From the NCBI GenBank assembly GCA_964019335.1, contig OZ025669.1:310001-374000 (forward strand): a DNA stretch of 64,000 nucleotides. Direction: 5' to 3'. Of this stretch, positions 32,986-43,473 are shown piece after piece; position 1 is the first letter of the stretch, and each line of letters opens with the position of its first letter. The notes below the pieces were generated by a model that saw only the letters and a program-made list of their open reading frames with translations, did no database searches and was not told where the DNA came from. The stretch comes from Diplonema japonicum. Lineage: Eukaryota; Protista; Euglenozoa: Diplonemea. A program made the position numbers and the translations under genes.

Positions 32986-34188
32986 TCAGTGCCAGTCCAA
33001 AATGACACTGTTGGTAGCTTGAGGCCAAATCCTCTTCCCCCGTGGGGAGACGAGGGAAGCATTCTCCGAGCCACAGAAAGAAGCCAACGACCCAGCTGTG
33101 CTCGAACGGACGAATTCATTCTCACGATGCTGCCCCGGAACAGGGGTGTGCGCCCGATTAGTCCTCGCGGACTTCTTCTTCAAATACCTCACAGAAGCCT
33201 CAATCGATTTCCTCCTATGATACCTCGTAAGGGAAAGCTTCTTATGTATACCCCATGGGACCACAGATGACGGCGTCGATCTCTGCCTAGTACATGAAGC
33301 TCTTTCAGAAGGCGCTTCTTCTGCTATGTTCCATGCGCTGACCAATGACTCAGCAGGCCGAGCCTTCCCAGCACCGCGTGCTAGGCAGCCTTCAGCACCT
33401 TCCTTTGACGATGATAAAGTGCCTTTTTCCCTGTAGTTTGTTGGGAGGAATATTCTTTCCGGTCGATCGAACAATTTGCTGGATGACGTGTTCGTGTTCC
33501 TGTGCGGGTCAATGTACTTGGATCGCCTCTCTGACGTTGGGGTCTTGTCAAAAACACCAACATCAAGGGGTTTGCATGCTAAATTCTTCCCCCTCTGTCT
33601 AACAGGCGAAGGTGTGACACCCATCAGCCCAACAATTGAATCGACACTGCGGTCTGATCGAGCAGGCGAAGGTGTCACCGCGCGGCGGGATCTTCGGTAG
33701 GAAAGGTTTTCTGTCTCGCCCTTCTTCGCGTAAGGTGTTTGCAGCACATATGCTGCCTGTTTTGCGTGACGCGAATTCATCAATTGTCTTTCCCTTATCG
33801 CTGGGTCTGCAGGCTTTGGTACGGCAACACGTATACCCGGTCTTTGCGACGGCATGTCGGCGTAAAGCCATTCGTCTGACAACACCCCACGCTTTCCTCT
33901 TTGTACTCTTGGTGCTCCTTCTCCGGTTTTCTTCCCTCTTAAAGTCGGGGTGGCGGTTCTTGGGTTCACCACGTACACTGCACCTCCTGTTACGTTCTTC
34001 TCTTTCGGTCTCAGCTCCCCCGACCCCTTCAGGCATTGCTTCACTCTAGCCGCCTTGGGAACAGGGCCCTTCGCGGCCTTTTGTTGCCATGCTGGGTGTA
34101 CGCCTCCCTTTTGCCTCCTTGCTGGTAGATCAACTCGGAACATCTCCGAGCTTCTGTGTCTAGAGGGGGTTTCCGGATCAATCGCCAT
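32986..34188 (-). CDS. Basic, disordered hypothetical protein
   Basis: ORF start trimmed to MAIDPETP (34188), just downstream of a pyrimidine tract and CCCTACAG. Confidence 0.7.
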   Translation of the reverse strand: MAIDPETPSRHRSSEMFRVDLPARRQKGGVHPAWQQKAAKGPVPKAARVKQCLKGSGELRPKEKNVTGGAVYVVNPRTATPTLRGKKTGEGAPRVQRGKRGVLSDEWLYADMPSQRPGIRVAVPKPADPAIRERQLMNSRHAKQAAYVLQTPYAKKGETENLSYRRSRRAVTPSPARSDRSVDSIVGLMGVTPSPVRQRGKNLACKPLDVGVFDKTPTSERRSKYIDPHRNTNTSSSKLFDRPERIFLPTNYREKGTLSSSKEGAEGCLARGAGKARPAESLVSAWNIAEEAPSERASCTRQRSTPSSVVPWGIHKKLSLTRYHRRKSIEASVRYLKKKSARTNRAHTPVPGQHRENEFVRSSTAGSLASFCGSENASLVSPRGKRIWPQATNSVILDWH

Positions 34189-34225
34189 GTTTGGTCCTGT
34201 AGGGTGAGGGTTAAAAGTATAAATG

Positions 34226-34257
<32 letters not shown>

Positions 34258-34525
34258 GAAAATTGGCAAAAGAGCGAGGACTGCGAGGCGTGTACCGCAA
34301 CGTAAACAATTCGAGAGAGAGAGAGAAAAAAAAAAATATAACATCAATAATATAAAACGGAATAGAAGGGTGAGGAAGAAGAAAAAAAAATCAACAACGC
34401 ATGCCACTGCTCGGCCAACGACAGCTTATCGCTCTTTGTATAAAAAAAAAGGAATGAAAGGGGAGGAAGGAGGGAAGGGGAAGAGAGAGATGTAGGGACT
34501 AACAGATCCCTTATTACTATTCCAC

Positions 34526-36238
34526 TCAGTTCAACTTCCCTGCGGCTGTGATTGGGAACGTGACCTCGACGGCATCATCTCTAAGACCGTAAAAGCTGCG
34601 GTGGAGCAGCCCCATTGCATCTGTGTAGCCAGGGACAAGCTTGAGGAGGGAGCCCACTTTGAGGGGTGGGGAATCGGGAGATGTGGGCTTTAGTTTCAGG
34701 TGCTCAGCAGAGAGCCCTGCGACTTCCCAATGGGGGTTGTCAAGCAGGACAGGGAGTCCTGCAAAGGGATGCCACCCAACAGACTTGAACCCTGCGTCAG
34801 CCATAGCACGGCTGCCGTCCACAGCTACGGAAACAACAGTGGTGTAAACAAAGGAGGCAACAACGTGCCCATGCTCCCCGAGCCCTGCGCTTGTGTTGTA
34901 CAGCTTGTCATTCGTGACGCCCCCGCCTGCTTGGATCTCAGTCAGCACGCCTGTGTCCAATGCGTCGATGTAGTTACACGACCCACCAGCTGTGGCAACA
35001 GGCACGTCAATACCTTTTTCGACAATCGCTTCCTTTGCAGCTTGCAGCTTTCCATGTGATCTCTTCGTCTCTGCTGTCTTCGCTTCCGGTTTCAAAACAG
35101 GTGTGTGGCCCTCATACCCAGACACACCGGAAAACCGAAGATGCCTGCAAGAGTTCTTCAAGAACACTGCGAGGTCTGCGGCCGCTCCAGGACTGTCGAC
35201 ACCTGTTCTGTTGTGGCCGATGTTGACCTCGACGAAGACGTTGAGCGTGAGGCCAGCGAGGCCTGCGTACTTGTCGACAAGGGCTGCAGCCTCGATGGAG
35301 TCGACGTGCACGTACAGGTGCGTGATCTTGCCGGCAATGGCCACCATGCGCTGTATCATAGTAGGGCGCACCACGCAGTTCGCGATGTAGATGTTCTGGA
35401 TGCCTGCTAGGGCGAAGACCTCGGCCTCCGACACCTTCAAAGTCAGGACACTGTCGACACCGCGTGCAAGGAGGTACTTCGCGAACTCGGGTGATTTGTG
35501 CGACTTGACAGGCGCACGCCATGCCACTTCCTTGGGAATCCTGCTGCGCATGAGGGCAATGTTGTGTTCAACAGCATTGAGGTCGACACCCCAGAACGGC
35601 GTTTCGAGGTCCCCCACAGTGAGTACCTCTTCGTCGTCAGCAGTGGCACACGTTTCGGTTGTTGTCACAACGGTGCCGAGCTTCTTGGAAACAGACCACT
35701 CGGTGAGTTCGATCCAAAGCCCGAAAGCAGCGACAAGGAACGTGCTCTTGCACCTCTCACCACGTAAGGGGAACTCCATGGCAGGGTCCTGAAGGAACCG
35801 GACACCCTCGACGTTCCAGTACTTGCTGGCCTTGACGTGTTCCATCACCTTGTCGACGTCCTTGACTGTGAAGGAGACGTAGCCGTGGCCGATGTCGGAG
35901 AAGCCGGGCCAGAAGGTGAAGTCCTTTTGGTCGGGGGATGCCCACTCGAAGAGTTCCAGGTACTGGGCAAGGGGTGCTTCACCACATTTTAACATAAGGA
36001 CGTCAGGCATGTAGCTTTCAGGATGGACACCGAAAAGCTTGTCCCAGCCACGCTCGCCGCTGGTGGGCTCCTTGTCTCGCTTCACCTGCCAGTCAAACTT
36101 GCAATCGAACAGGTCCACAAAGAATTCCTGCGCTTCAGTTACATTCCTTACTGTTATCCCCACATGGTCGATACCCATGTTGCCGGGTACCCCAGACAGC
36201 ACACCTACACCCACAGCAAGCAGCACAGGTGTCAACAT
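34526..36238 (-). CDS. Fusion: signal peptide + VOC/glyoxalase domain + fold-type III PLP enzyme (D-threonine aldolase/DSD1 family)
   Basis: MLTPVLLAVGVGVLSG hydrophobic leader; VOC motifs GIDHVGITV, YLELFEW, SDIGHGYVSFTVKDVD, WIELTE; PLP domain LETPFWGVDLNAVEHNI, RAPVKSHK, HNRTGV, GYEGH, TEIQAGG, DAGFKS, LSAEH; intronless. Confidence 0.88.
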   Translation of the reverse strand: MLTPVLLAVGVGVLSGVPGNMGIDHVGITVRNVTEAQEFFVDLFDCKFDWQVKRDKEPTSGERGWDKLFGVHPESYMPDVLMLKCGEAPLAQYLELFEWASPDQKDFTFWPGFSDIGHGYVSFTVKDVDKVMEHVKASKYWNVEGVRFLQDPAMEFPLRGERCKSTFLVAAFGLWIELTEWSVSKKLGTVVTTTETCATADDEEVLTVGDLETPFWGVDLNAVEHNIALMRSRIPKEVAWRAPVKSHKSPEFAKYLLARGVDSVLTLKVSEAEVFALAGIQNIYIANCVVRPTMIQRMVAIAGKITHLYVHVDSIEAAALVDKYAGLAGLTLNVFVEVNIGHNRTGVDSPGAAADLAVFLKNSCRHLRFSGVSGYEGHTPVLKPEAKTAETKRSHGKLQAAKEAIVEKGIDVPVATAGGSCNYIDALDTGVLTEIQAGGGVTNDKLYNTSAGLGEHGHVVASFVYTTVVSVAVDGSRAMADAGFKSVGWHPFAGLPVLLDNPHWEVAGLSAEHLKLKPTSPDSPPLKVGSLLKLVPGYTDAMGLLHRSFYGLRDDAVEVTFPITAAGKLN

Positions 36239-36632
36239 CGGTAGTTTTGTCTTTTTTTTCTTCTTTTTTTTACCCCTCTTTCTTTTTTTAATCCTCGTTG
36301 AACACCGGACGAGGAAAAGGGAAGCACTTGCAAGGTAGATAGCAGAAACGGAAAAAGAAAACAGGAGACAGGGCTAGAAGGGCTGGAAATAAAGATACGG
36401 ATTACGCCCTAATTTCACTTTCTTTTTCTCTTTTTTCTTACGGGAGAGGGATTCAGAACAGCAAGATGGGGGGGGGGGGGGGGGGGGGACCACCATGAGC
36501 AAAGTCAAATGGCTACATTTAGCAGGGAGAGGAAGAAAGAAAGAAGAACACACAACGGTTTTGTTCTTCACAAAAAAAAAATCCACGCTGGTACCCCCCC
36601 TAGAAGGAGGGGATATTTCGATATTTTTGTTA

Positions 36633-37826
36633 CTACTCATAAACCCGACCGAAATTATACCATTGGTTCTGCTCTTCCACCCGTTGCAGTGCAGTGGCGT
36701 AGAGCGTCTCAGGATCGTTAACGAGCTGTCTAAGCGGAGGGGTGTACAAAGAAGGCAAAAAAGAATGCATGAAAGACTGGTACTTTGTACGCAAAGAGGT
36801 TAAAGGGTCTTTAGACAGAGAAAAATGGTACACCTTCTGACGGAGGGTGAGGTCAAGACACGCTGCTGCTTCACACCTACGAGACCTGCAAAACTCACTC
36901 AAGTCTCCTTCGCATAGCGCATCAGAGAGTGTGGAGGCATCTTCAAGGCTGATATTCAGGCCTTGGCCAAGGAAAGGTGGCATGCCGTGGGCAGCGTCAC
37001 CGATCACCACACCATCCCCGTTCTGTGTTACGTAAGAATCGCAGTGAACAGTGTGAAATGTTCCTTTAACAGCAGATTGGAGATAAGAAGAAAGCCCTTC
37101 GATTGAGTCGAAAAACGCCGCGTGGTCTCGCAGGAAGACCCCATCATCAAGCTGACGAAGACCTTCATTTGTTAGAACAAATGTTATGTTGACCCCACCT
37201 GAAGCCGATGGGGTCCCATGTGCAAAGCCATAGTCACCAAACGGCCATACCGTTACTCGAGAAGGGTCAAGGTTGATACCTGAGGTGCTTGAGAGATGTG
37301 CCCAACAATACCCCATATTCATGGAAGTTTTCGTAGAAGGGATGGACAGGAAGTCCCTTGTCGGTGAATGAACACCGTCTGCGGCAACTATAACGTCGAA
37401 GGTGAGTTTTTTGGACTGCAGGGACTCTTCATGGAGATCCGTGTTGTGGTGGATGACCGCGCCTGTCTCAAGTGCCTTTTCAGTTAGAAGTTTAAGAAGG
37501 TCGCCTCTGTTGATTACTTTGACATTGTGTGTGTTGCCCCAGCCCTTGAGGCCTAGGGAGGAACCTGTCTGGGCGCATGCTATTCTTCTTCCGTTGATGA
37601 CTCTTGAGATTTTCTTCAGTCGATCCGGGTCGATGCCGAGCCTTTCAACGCAGTTCTCGCCGCGTTGTGTGAGAAACAACCCTAAATATTTGGTTTCCTT
37701 CACAGGCGTCCTTGCGTCATGGAGCTTTTCGAACACAGTAGTCTTGACCCCTCGCATGCTGAGCAACCCTGCTAGGAGCATCCCCGACGGACCCCCACCA
37801 ACGATCGCAACGGTCCTGGGTGTCAT
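36633..37826 (-). CDS. FAD-dependent monooxygenase, kynurenine 3-monooxygenase/VioC-like
   Basis: VAIVGGGPSG Rossmann motif, LFLTQRG, INRGDL, AADGVHS, VWPFG, IGDAAHGMPPFLGQGLNISLED; intronless. Confidence 0.88.
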   Translation of the reverse strand: MTPRTVAIVGGGPSGMLLAGLLSMRGVKTTVFEKLHDARTPVKETKYLGLFLTQRGENCVERLGIDPDRLKKISRVINGRRIACAQTGSSLGLKGWGNTHNVKVINRGDLLKLLTEKALETGAVIHHNTDLHEESLQSKKLTFDVIVAADGVHSPTRDFLSIPSTKTSMNMGYCWAHLSSTSGINLDPSRVTVWPFGDYGFAHGTPSASGGVNITFVLTNEGLRQLDDGVFLRDHAAFFDSIEGLSSYLQSAVKGTFHTVHCDSYVTQNGDGVVIGDAAHGMPPFLGQGLNISLEDASTLSDALCEGDLSEFCRSRRCEAAACLDLTLRQKVYHFSLSKDPLTSLRTKYQSFMHSFLPSLYTPPLRQLVNDPETLYATALQRVEEQNQWYNFGRVYE

Positions 37827-37935
37827 TTCTTCTTCTTTTTTTTTTTTTTTTTTTCTTTTTTGTTTTACCCTTTTCCTTTATACTGTTAACTGAATCGTCC
37901 AATACTTAAACGTCTTCAGACAAAAAAAAAAAAAA

Positions 37936-38547
37936 TCATGGTTTTACCCCTTTGCTTACGACCACTCCCTTCAGAATGTCGTCTGCATCATATGTCAGAT
38001 ATTCGATAACGGTCACAGAGGCGGTGGGGACGTCGATATCGTAGTAGCTCGAGAGTGGAAGGGACATAGAGGATGCAATGAAGGCTCGGATGACCCAGTT
38101 GTGAGCAACAATACAGATTGTGGAAGATATGGGGTGCGACTGGGTAAGGGCACTGAACGCGGAAGAGACCCTGGCGCGAAGGTCGGCAAAATTCTCACCG
38201 TTGGGAGGGCGGTAAGAAAGTTCAGATGCAAGGCGGAGCTTGTAGCCTGGGTTAGCGGACTCGATTTCAGAAGATGTCAAGCCTGCCCAGTCACCCCTAT
38301 CTAACTCTTTAAACCCTTTTTCCACCCTCACGTCACTGTGCCCAATACGTTCCGCTCCATATTTTGCTCTGTGTAGCCCACTGTGATACACAACATCGAA
38401 GTTTTCGTCCTTCACATAGAGCGCTGCTCTTTTCGCTTCCTCTTTCCCTTCATCAGATAAATCCACGTCCAAGCAGCCGTACAAAGCGTCTGATTTATCT
38501 TTCCACGGTGGTATCACCTGGCCGTGCCGAATCAATATTAATCGCAT
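37936..38547 (-). CDS. Histidine phosphatase (PGM/CobC superfamily)
   Basis: LILIRHGQ, DVDLSDEG, SGLHRA, KELDRGDWAG, PPNGEN, IVAHNWVIR; intronless. Confidence 0.9.
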   Translation of the reverse strand: MRLILIRHGQVIPPWKDKSDALYGCLDVDLSDEGKEEAKRAALYVKDENFDVVYHSGLHRAKYGAERIGHSDVRVEKGFKELDRGDWAGLTSSEIESANPGYKLRLASELSYRPPNGENFADLRARVSSAFSALTQSHPISSTICIVAHNWVIRAFIASSMSLPLSSYYDIDVPTASVTVIEYLTYDADDILKGVVVSKGVKP

Positions 38548-38551
38548 TTTT

Positions 38552-38583
<32 letters not shown>

Positions 38584-39070
38584 TATTCTGGAAATAAAAA
38601 ATAAAATTTTTCCAATTGTATAAAAAAAAAAGTTCTTGTTATAAAAAATACCGACCAAGAAAGGGGGAAGAGTAGGAAAAAAAAAGAGGGGGGTGGAAAA
38701 AAAAAAAGCGGAAAAAAGAAATAAAAAAAAGGGGGACCAACACGGGAAGGGAGAAGAAGAAGAAAGAAAAGAAAAACAAAAAAGGGGGGCAAAATACAAA
38801 AAACTTTTTTTCTTTTTTTTTTGAAAAAAAAAACCCCCCTCCTCCTTTCGACTTGTATTTTTCTCATAAAAAAAAAGGGAACAAAAGATAGGAGCTTGCA
38901 GAAACGATAAAAAAAGAAACACTTTTGTTTTTTTAGATATTTTTTTTTTAAATTCTCATTCTCGTCTTTTATGTGTGTATGGGGGGGGATGGGGAGGGAA
39001 GGGGGGTCTTTTCTTAGCCACTTTCTCTTTTTTATTTTTAACATTTCTTCTTAGCAGGTAGGTCAAAGGG

Positions 39071-39101
<31 letters not shown>

Positions 39102-39998
39102 AGCTGGGTGGACGAATGAAAGAAAGAAAAAAAAACACGAGGAAAGCATACTTTAAATGTAAAGAAAAGAAAAAAAAAACACTTTTTTTTTTCCCATCTC
39201 CTCACATCCCCTTTGTCTCTCTTGTCCTAAAGGAGGATAAAAAAAAAAGGTGGAAGTGACCCGAACAGAAAAAAAAAAAAGGACAAAAACCTCACACTAA
39301 GTAAAAGAATGTAGAGACGCGTGAGAGAACTTACTTGCCGCCGTTCTTTTTTTTTTTTTTAAAATACTTTTCTTCTCCGATAAATTCTCCTCCCATTGTT
39401 CTCTCCTTTTTCTTCCCTTCTTCCGTCCCCCCACTACGCCTTCCCCCCTCCCTTTAAAAAGTGTTGGATAATGATCCTATTCATACTTTCATTATATTCC
39501 TGTGCATACACTATTGGGTACGTGGAGTCTGGGGGAATAAACAATCAGGGAAGCAGGGAGGGGGAAAAAATCAAGTGTATATTCCCCCCCCATCTTTTTT
39601 TTTTAAACAAAGATTTTTCTTCCATCTTTTTTTTCTTGATTCACCATTTATTTTTTTTTTCTGAACAAGAGATTTTTTTTGCAAAAAAAAAAAAAAGAAT
39701 AAAAATAAAATAAAAAATAAGAGGGTGGGGAGGGGAGGGGGGGGGGGAGAAGGAAAAAAAAAATTGTATTCCTCACTCCTTCCCCCTCCCCCTTTCTTCC
39801 TACGTTACCCCCCCCTTCCCCAATCTACTCATAGTTGTTAAAGCTTTTTTTCTCTCTCCTCTGCTTTGTCTCAAAAAGAGGGGATAAAAAAAAGGGGGGA
39901 GGGGAGGAAAGGGCGTCTCAAAGAAAAATGGAGGGTGGGAACACACTTTTTATTCTCTTTTTTTTTCTTTTTCTTCTTTTATTCTGTTCATTCCATTC

Positions 39999-42900
39999 TC
40001 ATTCGAAAAGCTCATCGATATCGTCAGCGTTCTGAAATTATTGTTATTTATTTTATTTTTTTTTTTCTTTTCTTTCCCAGTTTTATTTCTTCCACACGCA
40101 TACCGCAGTACCCACCTGCAGTGAGGTGTCGATCGCATCATCATCGTCATCTCCAAACATTTGATCCAAGTCTTCTGTAGGGGAAGCAGCAGGCGGGCTG
40201 GGGAGACGTGCTGGCTCTTCTGCCGCAGGGGGAGTAGGTTCAACATCAGCAGGAGGCGAAGAAGCCTCTACCGGCTCCTCTTCAGCAGCCGCAGGTTCCT
40301 CAACAGGCACAGCCTCTTCCACTACGGGTTCAGGCTCGGCCACGGGCTCAGGCTTGGCCACAGGCTCTTCCGCCACAACCTCCTCTTCAACCTCAGCAAC
40401 TGGGTCTACGTGAACCTCTTCTTCTGCGGTTTTTTTTTCCTTTTTTTTTTCTTCCCCTCAACATACTTTTAAGGAAAAGCTCACCGATCACAGGGAACAG
40501 GTTGGGGAACTCTTCAGGGGACGCCATTGCCTGAAGGAGGAGGTTGTGTGTAAAAAAAAAAGTGGGGGGGGGAAAGAGGGCATACGTTGGCGAATTTGTT
40601 AGTTCCAAGGTACTTCCTCCACTTGTCGACGCACTCGGGCACCAGTTCGGGGATATAGCTGCGTGCGAAAAGAGCAGCCTCGGGCACCCTGTCCGTTTCG
40701 CAGAGCAGCTCGACGCACTTCTTCAGCTCGCCGATCAAGTAGTACGCAGTGAACGCAACGTTGTGCCTGTTGTCGTGTGTGTTGTGCAATGTGTGTACCT
40801 GTTCTTTGCGGCGGCAAGCTCTGCCACTGTCCTGAGCCCATCCTTGTCCTCAAGACTGGAATAAAGCAGAAGCATCCCGTTGTAATCCTCGCCCTGTGTA
40901 CGGTGTCAGGGGCAAAATAATAAATACCTTTTTGAGCGCCTCAGCAGCAAGGTCAAACTTGCTGTGCTGAATAGCAAGGTCGCCGACCTGCTTCCACCTA
41001 AGCTTTGACTGATCCTCGTCCCTGTTGGCGACTTCGACAGCACGGTCAAGGTTGTGCAGACTGATGGCGAGGTTGAAGATATGCTCGTCCTCTGTTGCCA
41101 TGTCAAGTGCGAGCTCCTTGAAACCTTGCGTGTCAAGGAACTGCGCGATGGTGCCCTTCTGCGAGTCGGGGATCTTCGGGAGGTACTGACTGGTGGCAAG
41201 GGCAAGATCGCCCCTCACGACGGCGGTCTCGAAATCGATGACAGACTGGAACAGCTGGAAGGAAACCACGTTGCGAGCCTTGTCGGTGAGGTACACCCTG
41301 TTGTCCTTCGGGACGTAGCCGAGCAGGTACATAGGCTTCTCAAGAACTGCAAGGTTGAGCTCTTCGCCTCCCATGTAGTAGTTCAGCCTTTGGTTTTTGC
41401 ACACGTAGATGAAACAATCGCCAACCCATGTGCCCTGCCTCACCTTCTCCTCCACAACGGTGATGACTGTGAAGGCGTCCTCGATACCATCCTCGGGGAT
41501 CTCAACACCACTATCGAGGGTCTCCTGGACAAGGGCTTTGTTGTAGCGAAGGATGTAGAAGGAGGTATCAGTGATGAGACAGGCCATCTCGCCCGTCTCG
41601 TTCCAAGTGACAGATCTGGGCTGGATGTCAATTTGCCTGATGGGGAGTTGCGTGGTCCAGTCGTAGAAAACGACCTGTGATGGTTTATTTTTTTTTTCTT
41701 TTTTTTTTTTCTTTCTGTTTATTGTTATACCTGCTGGACGTTGCTGCTACGGGCGCCGAGGAGGGGTCCCCCGAAGAGCCTGTCGACGTTCATCCCCAGG
41801 CCGCTCATGGCAGAGCGTTCTTTGAACCCTGCGAATATTTTGATGGTGGTGGGGTCCTCTAGGATAGCGAAAGTCTTCACGTCGTCCGCCCACACAAAGT
41901 CGATGGCTTTCCCGAAGCACTGCGCCCTCCATGCCAGTGTCGTGTTAATAGTATATTCATCCTCGAACAGGACGGCCACGTACTGCCCTGTGGAGTTGTG
42001 TTCAAGGCGTTTCGGTACATTCTCGCAGGTTCCCATCTCCTTCTGCGGCAGTATGATTTTTTCCCCGTCGGAGATGTCAGCGGTCACATTCCCCTTCAAG
42101 CTCATCTGCACCACCTCATGGTTGTTCGAAAACAATATTTTCCCGTTGTTGTCCATCGAGAACACGGGTTCCTCTTTTCCAATGCGCAGCACCACGGTAC
42201 CCTTGTCGCACCCGATTGCTAGCTTGTTCGATCCGGGCTTTGCACACAGCGCCCACACACGGTTCAGCCCGTGGTCAAGATTAGCTTCCAATCTATTATT
42301 ATTTTTTTTATAAAAAAAAACTTTTTTTTTTTTTAAAACAAAACCTGTAAGTCTGGAGCTGCCATATCTTAATTGTTTCATCTTCCGACCCGGTGACGAT
42401 GAGAGGGCGGTCGGGGAAGAATAGCACAGAAGACACTTTTTTTTTTTTTTTTTTTTTTTTTCCCCTTCCAAACTTCCCGTTTAACATACCATTGTGGCTG
42501 TGGTTGAAGAGGGTTTGCACACACGACTTGGTTTGGTAGTCCCAAATTTTCACTGTTCGGTCGTCGGAACCGGAGATAAGGTAAGGCTTGTCACCCCCGT
42601 GATAGTATTCCACACAGTTGACACCTTGGCTGTGGCCTTCGAGTGTGAAGTTGCAGAGGTACGCGTTCTTGTTCCAAACCTTAATTGTTCGGTCAAGGGA
42701 GGCGGTGGCGAAGGTGTTCGGGTCCTTGGGGTTGAAGGTAGTTGCCATCACGTAATGGACGTGGCCCTCAAACATCATGGTATTCGCCCAACCCTTTTCC
42801 CAGTCCCACATCTTGACGGTCATGTCGTCACTGCTTGTAAGTACCAAAGGAAGCGTCTCATGGATGGCAAGGTCACGGATGAAGTCCTGGTGGGCCTCGA

Positions 42901-43186
42901 ACTCCTTCACCTTGTCCATGGTGTTGTAGTTGTACACTCGGCACATCAGGTCGTCGGCACCGCAGATAAACCAGTTCATCCTAGGGATGAACTTCACACA
43001 CCGCACTGGGTGTTCCACAACGTTGAAAGATTTCACCATCGTGTTCGTCTCGAAGTTCCATAGAGTGACTTGCCCAGAGTACAGCGAACAGATGACCCAT
43101 GGTTCTCTCGGGTGCAGGTCCACAGCCTTCACACGCTCGGACTTCGCGTGTAGCTTCTTCTTTATATCCGTTGCCTTCGTGGCCAT
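39999..43186 (-). CDS. SEC27: Coatomer subunit beta-prime (8 introns)
   Basis: [24 protein letters not shown]...FEGHVHYVM...[11 protein letters not shown]...EAALFARSY. Introns 42436..42489, 42293..42344, 41675..41730, 40894..40927, 40767..40798, 40531..40585, 40424..40484 and 40032..40103 are all GT-AG and frame-restoring. Confidence 0.95.
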
Positions 43187-43369
43187 CTTTCTTGATAAAA
43201 GCTTCCCCGCTTCCCTGGGAGGGTGGTTTTTTTTGGAGGGGGAAAAAAAAAGGGGCAAAAAAAAAAATCACGAAAGAGAAAAAAAAAAAAACAAAGGTCG
43301 GGGGGGAGGGAGGTGGGTTTAACACGGTACAAAAAGAAAAAAAAAAAAAAAAAAAAAAAAAACACTTAG

Positions 43370-43404
<35 letters not shown>

Positions 43405-43473
43405 AAAACGGAAACAAATGAGAAGTGTTTTTTTTTTATTTTTACTTTTTTTTTTCCTTTATTATTATGTGTA

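Noticed and set aside
34526-38547. Bacterial contamination or chimeric assembly
   Set aside because: Spacers between these genes contain the same host-type A/T/G homopolymers and A-rich start contexts; long-read confirmation is still desirable
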